A stretch of DNA of 64,000 bases from an uncultured Chlamydiales bacterium (GCA_963826935.1 CAWGYH010000002.1:712028-776027); one strand, 5' to 3'. Shown: positions 45,121 through 54,170, numbered from the stretch's first letter. Made by a program: numbers and translations. The notes: generated by a model from the sequence alone, not told the origin.

Positions 45121-45906
45121 ATGACCGTGAGAGGTGTTGGATTTGGATCATGTTGGCAACCGAAAATGGCTGATGCTACATCTAGAAATATGTTTGCAGT
45201 GGGCGTCAATCAAGGGTGGGTGGAGCTATCCAAAAATGGGGTTGTCATTGCTCAGGTGGAGTGCCAAAATAGAGAACGAAATTGCCTGATTGGAGATCCC
45301 CAATACGAACAAGACTGCTGCTACTTCACCTTAGTCGATCCGAAGGGCAAGAGGATAAGGGATCATTACTGCTTCAATTTCCATGGCTATATAAATAGAG
45401 TCGGATTTATGTTTTCGGATGATGTTGTGGTGCCGCAACCTCCACAACCTACTAGAACATTTACCTTGAGCAACGTAGAATATGGGCTGCACGTGGGTAA
45501 TGGAGCTATAGAAATCTCCAAAGATGGAGAGGCTATTGCACGCTTAGAATGCACAGACGAAGAGTATAGCCAATTTACAGGCATCACGCATGTCTATAAA
45601 GACTGCTTTTATTTCTTATTAGGGGATGAAAATGGAAAGTGGAAAAAACTTGCTCTCTTTAATCCTCAAACACATTTTTTTTCCCTGAGCGGGGCAGCAG
45701 TGTTTAATCCTCATTTTAAGGAGGATTGCTTGATCAGCGTGAGCTGTGGCGGTCGTGATGTACGCTTTGAAGATGTAATTTACAGATACCAGTTATTGCA
45801 AGGGCCATTCTTTTTACAAAAGCAGGAACACTGTATCACAGATGTTCGAGGCGTTCCTATTAAATATGTTAGACTTAATGATAGGGATAAAGAGCCTTTG
45901 AGGTAG
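45121..45906 (+). CDS. hypothetical protein with an internal tandem duplication
   Basis: 261 aa with two similar ~90-aa units (GWVELSKNGVVIAQVECQ...DCCYFTLVDPKGK and GAIEISKDGEAIARLECT...DCFYFLLGDENGK). Confidence 0.45.
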   Translation: MTVRGVGFGSCWQPKMADATSRNMFAVGVNQGWVELSKNGVVIAQVECQNRERNCLIGDPQYEQDCCYFTLVDPKGKRIRDHYCFNFHGYINRVGFMFSDDVVVPQPPQPTRTFTLSNVEYGLHVGNGAIEISKDGEAIARLECTDEEYSQFTGITHVYKDCFYFLLGDENGKWKKLALFNPQTHFFSLSGAAVFNPHFKEDCLISVSCGGRDVRFEDVIYRYQLLQGPFFLQKQEHCITDVRGVPIKYVRLNDRDKEPLR

Positions 45907-45928
45907 TGCATAGCTCAAGAATTAAATT

Positions 45929-46513
45929 ATGGATAAAGAAGAATACAAGAAAATCAGGAAAAATTTTCATGTCAACGATGATACCTTATTGTATGGGATA
46001 ACTCCTCGACTAGGTAAACATTTAGCGGAAAGATTCAAAGACATGTGCGTTTTAGAAACATGCACAGGAGCTGGATTTCTGACAATTGAACTCGCAAAGG
46101 TTGCCAAGAAGGTTATTACAGTCGATATTAATCTAGAAGCCCTAAATCAGGCTAAACACAATACCAAAATCGAGAATGTTGAGTCCAAGATCATTTTTCT
46201 TCAGGGAGATATTTTAAGTCAGAACATTTTAGATCAGATTCCTGCAATTGATGGAGCTATTTTAGATCCTGTTTGGAATCATCCAGACCTTACTCTTGCT
46301 CATATGTCTCCACCCGCTCCGTTGTTGTATGAAACAATTAAAAGAAAAACCGAAAACATTGCTTTAATATTGCCTCCTACAACTGAACAAAAATCTTTGG
46401 AATGTTTTCCAGAACATGAGCAAGAAATTCTTTACCTAGATGAAATTCCAGCCCTTATGTGCTTGTATTTCGGTCATTTGAAATGCTGCAGAAATAGTAA
46501 ATATCATGCTTAA
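45929..46513 (+). CDS. class I SAM-dependent methyltransferase (Methyltransf_15/TGS1-like)
   Basis: VLETCTGAGFLTIELAKVAKKVITVDIN (motif I plus the acidic post-I residue), FLQGDIL, ILDPVW (motif IV-like). Confidence 0.6.
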   Translation: MDKEEYKKIRKNFHVNDDTLLYGITPRLGKHLAERFKDMCVLETCTGAGFLTIELAKVAKKVITVDINLEALNQAKHNTKIENVESKIIFLQGDILSQNILDQIPAIDGAILDPVWNHPDLTLAHMSPPAPLLYETIKRKTENIALILPPTTEQKSLECFPEHEQEILYLDEIPALMCLYFGHLKCCRNSKYHA

Positions 46514-46605
46514 TAAATTTGGCTTGGGTGATGAGTGCATCAACTTGTCTAATTATACATTTTGATGTTAAACTCATACGTATTTTACGCAAGCAAAGAG
46601 GGTTT

Positions 46606-47066
46606 ATGAATGAATTCAGCGCTCATCCTGCCGGGGAAGAAAATCCAGGATTTCTTTGTGGCAAGTCAGCACATTATGGAGCAGCTCCACTGCAGCTGTT
46701 TTAAAATCATTCGGACTTAGCCATCCACAGTTTGTCATTCTCGCAACCATAGACTGGCTAAAAAATCAAGAGGCCAGCCAAGAGGCGATTGCAAGACACA
46801 TCATACTAGATCCCAAGCCTACCTCGCATCTGCTACGCAGTCTGCAAGTAAAAGGGCTGATCGAACCATCGAACATTTCTGATAAAAAAAGCAAATATCT
46901 ACTCACAATCGCTGGAGCCGAAATGTTGGCAAAAGTTTTGCCAGTAGTAGAGAGTGCCGATGCAGCCTTTTTTGCATCCATTGATCTAAAAAATTCGAAA
47001 ATGGTCACCTCATTGCAAATACTTGCACGCGCCAATCTCTCAAAAAAAGATGCAGATGCATTATAA
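46606..47066 (+). pseudogene. MarR-family regulator with an N-terminal frameshift
   Basis: The RBS-preceded ATG at 46606 gives MNEFSAHPAGEENPGFL. The MarR body (LWQVSTLWSS...GLSHPQFVILATI...) continues in another frame from about 46652. One extra t in tttcttt would join the two frames. Confidence 0.55.
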
Positions 47067-47102
47067 AGTAGAATTTGTCCTTTCTACTAGGTTTGAAATC
47101 AA

Positions 47103-47291
47103 TTGCCGTTATTGCGTTTAAAAGGAAAAGAGGGGTGGGGTGCAAAGACTCTGGAGAGGCTGTCTAAGGATATTATAAGGGACTTTCCAGATATATCAGG
47201 GTTTAGTGTGCGCAACCTTCAATATATGCGGAAATTTGCCGAATCTTACTCTGAGGTAAATTATGCAACAGCTGTTTCACTATTGCCTTAG
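47103..47291 (+). pseudogene. N-terminal fragment of a DUF1016 (YhcG-like nuclease) gene
   Basis: GWGAKTLERLSKDIIRDFPDISGFSVRNLQYMRKFAESY matches the DUF1016 N-terminal domain pattern. Only about 60 of the ~340 expected codons are present. Confidence 0.5.
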
Positions 47292-47420
47292 AGAGAGAAG
47301 CCTGCTCAGATAAAAAGGGCCGAGATCCTTGGCTTTACCCGTGCTAAGGCGCATCCTGGGCATGACGCTAATTAGTATCGCTCAGGATATCTTACAGGGC
47401 CTGCTCAATAGCTAATAAGA

Positions 47421-47520
47421 GATTTATTCAGCTGTACCAAAAAACAGTACAACTGAAATCTGAATCTTAAGAGCCCAAAAAATGCCACAGGCCGTGGTAT
47501 AAATTGATTCCCTGTCATTA
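47421..47520. repeat. ~95-nt conserved noncoding element, copy 1 (partner at 53983-54088)
   Basis: gatttat(t/c)cag(c/t)tgtaccaaaaa..gtacaactgaaat..gaatctta.gag...aaaa.tgccacag.c.gtgg.a.aaattga aligns by eye at roughly 85 percent. The overlapping ORFs are not conserved between the two copies. Confidence 0.75.
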
Positions 47521-47917
47521 TGGCGCCTACCTAAGGAGTGGGGAATGGAATTCCTAGGAGGGCTACCTGAGGGTGTAATAGCTTTCTTGCCCAAGATGAG
47601 GGAGTAATGCTTCACACAGCGTCTCTAGCGGGACATTGATCATACTATAAATAGAAATCCAGTCGTCAATGCTTTCTCTAAAAGACAATTTTTTTGCATT
47701 AGAAAATCCCTATTCAAGATTGCTTAAATAAGGGTCTCAGCTTAGATGATATTGTTCAAGCATTCTTGAATAATCGAACTTGAGCTGTACCATACTAGCC
47801 TTGTGGAGATCATGGGAAAAGCAATTCGTGCCATTCTTACACCGGGTCAGTTTTATCCGAAATTTTAAGGCAAATCACATAAACACTAAACCAAAATGTG
47901 TCTAATTTCTTGAAGAA

Positions 47918-48358
47918 CTAGGCTGGTTTTGCTGTGGGATGTTGTTGCAAAGCTGCAAGTGCCGCCTGATTGGTGGTAGCGTTTGCGATGGCTGCTTCTG
48001 CCTGGGTAAGTTCGTCTGTTGCTTTTCGTTGCTGGTAATAATCATAGATAAGCAGGCCTGCTCCGATTATTCCAAAGACAAGGGCGATTCCGAGAAGAGG
48101 GAAAGTGGCAGGAGTAACACCAACTAGGCCTAAAGTAATGCCAATTCCTATGAACAATCCCGCAGCAGAGCCAAAAAGTAGCAGCGCTGGCTGCGTCCAA
48201 CCTCTTTCCCAAAAACCTTTTATGCGGCTTTTTGCCTTTTCAGTATCGGCTAATTCACTCTTTACATGTGCCGAATCAGTTAATGTGGCGCCTTTTACAC
48301 TCTCGGCTGTGCTAGTTGGATGAAAGTGTGCAGTGCTGCTGCGTTTTGTTGGTTCCAT
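47918..48358 (-). CDS. small protein with a bilobed hydrophobic domain (paralog of 43568-44014)
   Basis: 146 aa with the same architecture. The N-terminal ~30 residues have diverged with indels, while the TM hairpin and C-terminus are conserved. Confidence 0.55.
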   Translation of the reverse strand: MEPTKRSSTAHFHPTSTAESVKGATLTDSAHVKSELADTEKAKSRIKGFWERGWTQPALLLFGSAAGLFIGIGITLGLVGVTPATFPLLGIALVFGIIGAGLLIYDYYQQRKATDELTQAEAAIANATTNQAALAALQQHPTAKPA

Positions 48359-48372
48359 AACAAGTTTCCTCC

Positions 48373-49062
48373 TTATAAAGAGAGCTTTAGTTTTTGCGCC
48401 TGGCTAGTAAAGGCGGCAAATTCGGGCTTATTTTGGTATTGCTGAATGGCGTTATGTAAGAGCTCGCGTGCTTTGTCTATTTCTTTTACTTGTTTTAAGC
48501 AGAGGGCGCTGTTGATGATGGGAAAGGGGTCGTTTTCATTATGTAGTAATGCGATGGCGTAGGCCATGACTGCAGTGTCGTAGCGTTTGTTATTTTCCTC
48601 ACACAGTCCTAATGCTTTCCAAAATGATGCCACAGTGGGATTAAGTACGCATAGAACGAGGAATACGTCAGCAGCGTCTCTGAAATTGTGATGGGCAAAT
48701 AGTTGTTGCCCTATTTCATAACAATGCGTCATATCGCCGTCAGAAATTTGAAGTTCTTTTTGTACTATCATTCCCTCTCTGATTTGTTGGGAATGATTCT
48801 GCTCCACAAACCGGCGCAGCTTTTTGCTATTTAAATGAGACAGCCCGTGAGCATTGTTTACGAGGATTTTCATGCCATGCTCAATACGAGTGCAGTAGTC
48901 TTTCCACCCATGCGCCATTTTTTCTTTAAGTTCGCTTTTGTAGGCATCGAGCGACTTAAATGGATTTTGTTTATAGGTTGTCTTAGCAATATCCGCTGCG
49001 ATTATCGCACATGATTCATCTAAGGGAATATCCTTATCGTCTACTTTGTGGCTTTTGCCCAT
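48373..49062 (-). CDS. T3SS class II (TPR) chaperone, LcrH/SycD family (paralog of 44029-44718)
   Basis: 229 aa, about nine-tenths identical by eye to the island I copy. Confidence 0.75.
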   Translation of the reverse strand: MGKSHKVDDKDIPLDESCAIIAADIAKTTYKQNPFKSLDAYKSELKEKMAHGWKDYCTRIEHGMKILVNNAHGLSHLNSKKLRRFVEQNHSQQIREGMIVQKELQISDGDMTHCYEIGQQLFAHHNFRDAADVFLVLCVLNPTVASFWKALGLCEENNKRYDTAVMAYAIALLHNENDPFPIINSALCLKQVKEIDKARELLHNAIQQYQNKPEFAAFTSQAQKLKLSL

Positions 49063-49336
49063 AAGGCGTATCCTCCGATACTATCTTGTCTTTACCTTAT
49101 ATTAATATTTATTTTAATTTATTGTCACCCCATTTCTTCAGGTGTGGGGGAATGCTGGAGGAATTTCTCACAAAAATAGGCGTACAATACAAAAGATGGC
49201 AAGAACTTGTTATTTTATAAAATGCTTAATTACAATGAGATGGGTACTGCTATGAAAGGGGCCGGATACTGCGATTTAAGTGAGCATTCGGTCTCGGTTC
49301 CGTGTGTAAAGTTCTTATTTCTCCTTGTAGAGGCAT

Positions 49337-49365
49337 TTGACAGAATTGTGGAACATTGGTATCGT
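49337..49365 (+). promoter_or_regulatory. candidate sigma70/66-type promoter
   Basis: TTGACA, 17 nt, TATCGT, about 45 nt upstream of the ATG at 49409. Consensus match only. Confidence 0.4.
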
Positions 49366-49408
49366 TGATATCGTTTGATTCTAAAACAAATTAAATCGAT
49401 GGTATTTT

Positions 49409-49804
49409 ATGCAACCAGCAATTCCAGTTGTTACATCTGTTCAATCAGAAGCATTTATTGTGCAATTAGGACTTACAAATCCAAAAATTGATGACTTTAA
49501 CCTAATCAAGCTATTCAACTGCACAACTCACAAGGTGGAGGTCGCTGCAGGAAAGTGCATCAAGGTCGACGATAGAACTATCCAGAAGCCTAATGGTGGT
49601 TTTGATCCGGGGGCTTCTTATGGGCTAGAGGCCTATCCAACATTTGACTGGGATGTTCTTATATATGAAGCAACTTGTCTTGCTGTACAGGCAAGAGGGG
49701 ATAAACTCAAGATTTCCTGGAGAAATGCAAACAATTCTCAGGCCATGCTTCACACAGCAGAGTTTACATTTGCGCAAAAGTTTAATTGCTGGCTTCATGC
49801 GTAG
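49409..49804 (+). CDS. hypothetical protein
   Basis: 131-aa ORF with no recognisable domain. Confidence 0.4.
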   Translation: MQPAIPVVTSVQSEAFIVQLGLTNPKIDDFNLIKLFNCTTHKVEVAAGKCIKVDDRTIQKPNGGFDPGASYGLEAYPTFDWDVLIYEATCLAVQARGDKLKISWRNANNSQAMLHTAEFTFAQKFNCWLHA

Positions 49805-49960
49805 GCACATCCACTAACCACTTCTTTGCCTCTTCGTCCGTTAGCTATTTGTGGTTTTGGATGAGGATGCGTATTTGGGGAGTCGGAGTCTCGAGATTCC
49901 GGCTCCTTTCATTTTCTATCCGTCTTTAATCGGTAAGCAAAGCGTTGTAAAAGGGGCCAG

Positions 49961-50031
49961 GTAAAAGGGGCCGGGGTCTGCGATGTGCGATTCGTCTCAA
50001 ATTGCACATAGCAGACTCCGGCTCCTTTCAC
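49961..50031 (+). repeat. long imperfect hairpin, member of a local repeat family
   Basis: aaaggggccggggtctgcgatgtgcgatt / aattgcacatagcagactccggctccttt. Related units occur at 49254-49305, 49878-49915 and 51867-51930. Confidence 0.7.
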
Positions 50032-50168
50032 TGAAGAGTGGCTAAAGTGCTTTTCACGCAAAGGCAATATTTTGGGCCCATAAATCCATCGACATGATAT
50101 GATTGGCTCGACTTTGCAGCAAAGTCGAGATTAATCCTCAAATGAAGTAATAGTCGGAGATATAGCCT

Positions 50169-51089
50169 GTGGCTGATTTTGGAAAAATTTCATGGGGTCC
50201 AACAACTCCTGATCAGGCCCATTTGCCAAAAAAAATTAATGATGAAAAGCTTTTCGATAGTTTCTGTGAAATAGCGCAAGAAAAAGTCCCAGGGACTCAT
50301 CTGCTGCATCAATTTAAGGTTTTACAGGAGGAGATGACCCAGTTAAAAGCCAACCATGAAAAGTTTGTTGATACTATAACCACAGTCCCTTTTATATCCT
50401 CTTTTTTGCTTTGGATAAGTGAAGTTTCTAAGGATAATCCCTCGATCATTGATATTGCAAAAGCCCTTCTCCAAAATGATTTCATAGGAACCTATGACAA
50501 CTCAGGTAAAGTGTGGACTATGGAGTCCGCAAAGAACTTTGATCATCAAAAAATCCTGTCTGCAATACGGAGCACGCGTGCATGGACAATTAGACGAAGA
50601 GAGGCCGCTGTAGGTGCATACATAGGCTTCATGAACTGGTTATCCACTGCAACCTATGGATACATGGCCGGTTTAAGCGATCAAGACCCAATTACAGTCA
50701 GGAAGAGATTATTAAGCTTCTCAAAGTTCCTTGATTTTTTAGACGCACTGCCAAACGAAAAATCTCAGCTCGTGGCAAAACTTCTCTATTTTGGAGGAGA
50801 TCGAACACTCGACCCGGTTTTAAACTTAACAATCGAATGTGTTAATTTTGACCAATTATCTGTTGCTTGGAATAGACCAGGGCGCGATTCTGATGTTACG
50901 TACTATCCAGAACACGTTTTCAATGATATAAAGGCCCTCATAGGTAACCGTCGACACGGAAAAATATTTCTGGGAAACCAGAATCAACTCCTAAGCGATG
51001 TGACAATTTTCAGACATTTTAATGAGGCCTCGAAAAAAGCATTAGGATCGTCATTTGGTCCCAAGAAGTTGACCACCAATAAATTATAA
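50169..51089 (+). CDS. hypothetical protein, possibly a degenerate tyrosine-recombinase-like protein
   Basis: 306 aa with a GTG start. LLYFGGDRTLDPVLNLTIECVNF resembles the integrase box containing the first catalytic Arg, and IFRHFNEA resembles the HxxR region. No C-terminal Tyr motif is present. Confidence 0.35.
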   Translation: MADFGKISWGPTTPDQAHLPKKINDEKLFDSFCEIAQEKVPGTHLLHQFKVLQEEMTQLKANHEKFVDTITTVPFISSFLLWISEVSKDNPSIIDIAKALLQNDFIGTYDNSGKVWTMESAKNFDHQKILSAIRSTRAWTIRRREAAVGAYIGFMNWLSTATYGYMAGLSDQDPITVRKRLLSFSKFLDFLDALPNEKSQLVAKLLYFGGDRTLDPVLNLTIECVNFDQLSVAWNRPGRDSDVTYYPEHVFNDIKALIGNRRHGKIFLGNQNQLLSDVTIFRHFNEASKKALGSSFGPKKLTTNKL

Positions 51090-51199
51090 ATCGGTTTTTA
51101 TCAAAAAACCTACACTTTATGTAACCAAAAACAGAAAAAAGTTGCATTAAATCACAAGATCTCGCTACATTTCCTTAAGTGGTGCAAAAGTTAGGATGT

Positions 51200-51230
51200 A
51201 AAAAAAAAGCCCTACGCTGAAACGTAGGGC
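51200..51230 (-). terminator. hairpin plus U-run (minus-strand sense), an orphan or bidirectional terminator
   Basis: gccctacg-ctgaaa-cgtagggc preceded by a9 on the plus strand (a t9 run after the hairpin on the minus strand). No convincing minus-strand gene lies upstream. Confidence 0.35.
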
Positions 51231-51292
51231 ACCTAAATTGAATCACATTTCAGAGCTAAACCTACAAACATGACTCAATAGAGGAAAAAACT

Positions 51293-51868
51293 ATGTTACC
51301 AAACCAAGACAATAGTTCCAAAACAATTTCGCTGTTAGAAATGGCTCGCGAGGACGGCCTAAGACCCGAAAAAGTACCAAACAGCACAAAATCCAAGTGT
51401 ATTTCCTTTTGCCCGGGATGCTGCGGGGAAAATACATTTATCATTTGGGATGTTGATAACCAGTACTACTGCACACAATGCCGGAGGAGAGGCGATCCCA
51501 TACAGTACCTTCGAGACTTTCATGCCATGTCGTACAATGAAGCGTGTACAGCGTTAGGCATGTTTCCGAGGACTACTTCAAGCACGCGTCTTTGGAAAGA
51601 GCCATGCCAAGATGGCTGCTTTCCTTTACCAAATAAACCCATTGTTTTACTCGACTCAGAACTAGAAGCACTAACCGTAGAAAAATTTGCAGGAGACCTT
51701 TGCGTCCCCATTTCTTTGGGCAACATCCCTCCCCTCATTTTAATCTCCGTTCAAACACAAACTCTAGAATGGCCATTAGCTATCGTTTCGCCAGGCATTG
51801 AAATCAGAAGGCAGATTTTAAAAGGAATTCGCTACGGCCTAAAACAGCGACCGATTGCGTCCGGATAA
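51293..51868 (+). CDS. CHC2-like zinc-finger protein (primase N-terminal-domain-like, no catalytic domain)
   Basis: CISFCPGCCGENTFIIWDVDNQYYCTQCRRRGDPIQYLRDFHAMSYNEACTALG follows the DnaG/P4-primase zinc-finger pattern. The remaining ~100 aa are not primase-like. Confidence 0.5.
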   Translation: MLPNQDNSSKTISLLEMAREDGLRPEKVPNSTKSKCISFCPGCCGENTFIIWDVDNQYYCTQCRRRGDPIQYLRDFHAMSYNEACTALGMFPRTTSSTRLWKEPCQDGCFPLPNKPIVLLDSELEALTVEKFAGDLCVPISLGNIPPLILISVQTQTLEWPLAIVSPGIEIRRQILKGIRYGLKQRPIASG

Positions 51869-51930
51869 AAGCGGACGGCTCCTGCAATGTGTGATTCGGT
51901 AAATCGCACATTGCAGGGCACGGCTTTTTC
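51867..51930 (+). terminator. terminator-like hairpin (member of the local hairpin family)
   Basis: cctgcaatgtgtgatt-cggt-aaatcgcacattgcagg, extended by aaaagc/gctttt and followed by a T run. It begins at the stop codon of the preceding ORF (51866-51868). Confidence 0.5.
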
Positions 51931-52037
51931 ATTGTCAACTATTTGAGCGAGTGGGGTGCTCAAAGCGGCTGATTCCTACTCTGCAGCAGTTTGTGCAGCA
52001 ACTGCTGCGCAAATCTTAAAAATATCTGCAGAAGAAA

Positions 52038-52067
52038 TTGACACCCCTGGGCTGCTCTTGTTATGTT
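52038..52067 (+). promoter_or_regulatory. candidate promoter of the second AlbA_2 gene
   Basis: TTGACA, 18 nt, TATGTT. This is the same architecture as upstream of the island I paralog. Confidence 0.35.
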
Positions 52068-52098
52068 TGTGGACGTATTCTTAGCTTGGAGGCTGCTA

Positions 52099-53727
52099 AT
52101 GACTTTGCTTATGGATGAACTGCATACCTGGATGAAATTGCCTGAAAGCGAACATCTTGAGTTCAAAGAGGCAAAAAATGGCTTTGATTCCGATCGGCTA
52201 ACCAAATATTGCTGTGCACTTGCTAATGAAAAAGGCGGCCACTTAATTCTCGGAGTGACCGATAAACGGCCTCGCAAGGTTGTGGGGACTCATGCATTCG
52301 CAAATTTAGAAAAGACAAAATCAGACCTGATGCGCAGGCTGCCTCTGAGAATCGAAATTGATGAAGTGGTCGTAGATGATCATCGTGTGCTTATTTTTGC
52401 CATCCCGTCCAGACCAATAGGCGTGCCTATTCAGTACGAGGATAAGTACTGGATGCGCCGTGGTGAAGAGATGGTTTCGATGACTCCGGACATGCTCAAG
52501 CGTATTTTTATGGAGGCAGAACCTGATTTCTCGGCCCAGATTTGTCCCGAGGCCACGATCGAAGACCTTGATAGTAAGTCTATTGATGTTTTTCGGCAGA
52601 TGTGGATCTATAAAACAGGTAATCATAATCTAAAGAGGCTTTCGGATAAGCAGCTTCTGAAGGATATTGGCGCAATTGTTGATACCAAAATAACCTATGC
52701 AGCACTCATCCTCTTTGGAAAACCCAAGTCGCTTAGAAAGTTCCTCGCCCAGGCAGAAGTGGTCTTTGAGTATCGCTCAAGTGGTGTTACGGGCCCTGCC
52801 CAGCAAAGGATCGAATATACACAAGGGTTTTTCTCATTTTATGATGAATTGTGGGAAAAGATTAATCTAAGAAACGACCTACAGCACTTCCAAGATGGGT
52901 TATTTGTCTGGGACATCCCTACATTTAATGAAAAAGCTATTCGAGAAGCTGTCTTGAACGCTGTAAGCCACCGTGAGTATAGAGCGGGAGGGTCGGTTTG
53001 GGTCAAGCAATATCCTCGTAAGATTGTCATTGCCAGTCCAGGTGGGTTTCTTACGGGAATTACCCCGTCTAATATGCTTTGGAAGCAACATCCGCGCAAC
53101 CGTATGATTGCTGATATATTTAACAAATGCGGACTTGTTGAACGGGCAGGACAAGGTGCAGATCGAATTTTTGAGGAGAGTATCCGGCAAGGAAAGCCTT
53201 TACCGGACTTTTCACACACCGATGACTATGAGGTAGTGTTAACCTTGGATGGCCAGATACAAGACGAAGGCTTTCTTCGATTTTTAGAGAAGATTGGTCA
53301 AGAGCGGTTGGCGTCATTTAATACGGAAGACTTTTTGGTCCTGGATCTTGTTCATAACGAACGGCCTATTCCTTCTTCACCACCAGAATTAAAATTCCGC
53401 CTTAATCATTTAGTCGATTTAGGCATCGTTGAACGCATTGGTAAAGGCCGTGGCGCACGATATATGCTTTGCCAGCAGTATTACACTTTGGCGGGCAAAA
53501 GCGGCGTATACACAAGAAAACGTGGCTTAGATAAAGAGACAAGTAAAGAACTGTTATATAAACATCTCCGTGCTAACGCAAAAAATGGTTCAAAATTTAA
53601 TGCGTTACAACAGGTTTTGCCTTTTCTTTCTAGAAGTCAGGTGCAAAAACTGCTTATAGAGTTAAAGTCGGAAAATAAAATTTACCTCGAAGGCAAGACT
53701 AGTGCAAGCACCTGGTTTCCAGGTTGA
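52099..53727 (+). CDS. AlbA_2 (Schlafen-like) domain protein with a RecG-C-terminal-like region (paralog of 36668-38305)
   Basis: MTLLMDELHTWMKLPESEHLEFKEAKNGFDSDRLTKYCCALANEKGGHLILGV... is collinear with the island I protein over its full length. Start moved to the ATG at 52099 (ggagg 6 nt upstream). Confidence 0.75.
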   Translation: MTLLMDELHTWMKLPESEHLEFKEAKNGFDSDRLTKYCCALANEKGGHLILGVTDKRPRKVVGTHAFANLEKTKSDLMRRLPLRIEIDEVVVDDHRVLIFAIPSRPIGVPIQYEDKYWMRRGEEMVSMTPDMLKRIFMEAEPDFSAQICPEATIEDLDSKSIDVFRQMWIYKTGNHNLKRLSDKQLLKDIGAIVDTKITYAALILFGKPKSLRKFLAQAEVVFEYRSSGVTGPAQQRIEYTQGFFSFYDELWEKINLRNDLQHFQDGLFVWDIPTFNEKAIREAVLNAVSHREYRAGGSVWVKQYPRKIVIASPGGFLTGITPSNMLWKQHPRNRMIADIFNKCGLVERAGQGADRIFEESIRQGKPLPDFSHTDDYEVVLTLDGQIQDEGFLRFLEKIGQERLASFNTEDFLVLDLVHNERPIPSSPPELKFRLNHLVDLGIVERIGKGRGARYMLCQQYYTLAGKSGVYTRKRGLDKETSKELLYKHLRANAKNGSKFNALQQVLPFLSRSQVQKLLIELKSENKIYLEGKTSASTWFPG

Positions 53728-53740
53728 ATCCAACAAACTA

Positions 53741-53925
53741 TGGAGCAAGTTTGGAGCAAGATCGGAGCAAGTTTATGGTGATTGACTGATAAAAATACCC
53801 TCTTCAGCTATGCTAAAGCCAGAAAACATCAAAATGGATTTGGAGCAAGCCTGTGTAATTCGGAGCAATTCTGGCGTAATTCACCCAGGTAGAAATGCGC
53901 TTGAGCTGTGAAATTCTGGCGCAAA
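53741..53925 (+). repeat. 11-bp-period direct repeats (T/C)GGAGCAAG plus AATTC-N5-6 units
   Basis: tggagcaag at 53741 and 53752, cggagcaag at 53763 (period 11). Further copies at 53841 and 53861. aattc at 53857, 53867 and 53878, and gaaattctggcgcaaattt at 53910. The array begins 14 nt after the AlbA_2 stop. Confidence 0.8.
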
Positions 53926-53982
53926 TTTAACTCAGGTTTACCCAAGATTGACAGAGCCTTATGATCTAGTGAGTAATGAGGG

Positions 53983-54088
53983 ATTTATCCAGTTGTACCA
54001 AAAAGCGGTACAACTGAAATGAGAATCTTATGAGTGAGCCTACTAAAAAGTGCCACAGACTGTGGCACAAATTGACTGCCTTGTTAAG
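53983..54088. repeat. ~95-nt conserved noncoding element, copy 2
   Basis: See 47421-47520. Contains the perfect palindrome gtgccacag-a-ctgtggcac and the hairpin cagttgtac/gtacaactg. Confidence 0.75.
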
Positions 54089-54170
54089 CAGGCGAAGCAT
54101 TGTCCGGCTCTTATAAGCCAACAGCTTAAGGGAGTACGTCGGTTATTATTGGATTGACTGGGCTTCTCCC

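Larger units (their letters stand above)
47843..49252. repeat. 1.4-kb duplicated module, copy 2
   Basis: See 43493-44908. Confidence 0.85.

Noticed and set aside
49283-49310. A possible fourth, highly degenerate att remnant (gagcattcggtctcggttcc compared with gcattcg…gtcgtcggttcgactcc) at the end of the second module copy.
   Set aside because: The same stretch is better explained as the right arm of a member of the local hairpin family (ggggccgg pairing with tcggttcc through G-U pairs). The similarity to the tRNA is too short and gapped to trust.
51990-52015. Shared 14-mer ctgctgcgcaaat at 51998 and 54255, as possible direct repeats flanking the second AlbA_2 cassette.
   Set aside because: Exact 14-mer matches are expected several times by chance among all position pairs in a 64-kb window, and the flanking similarity is marginal.
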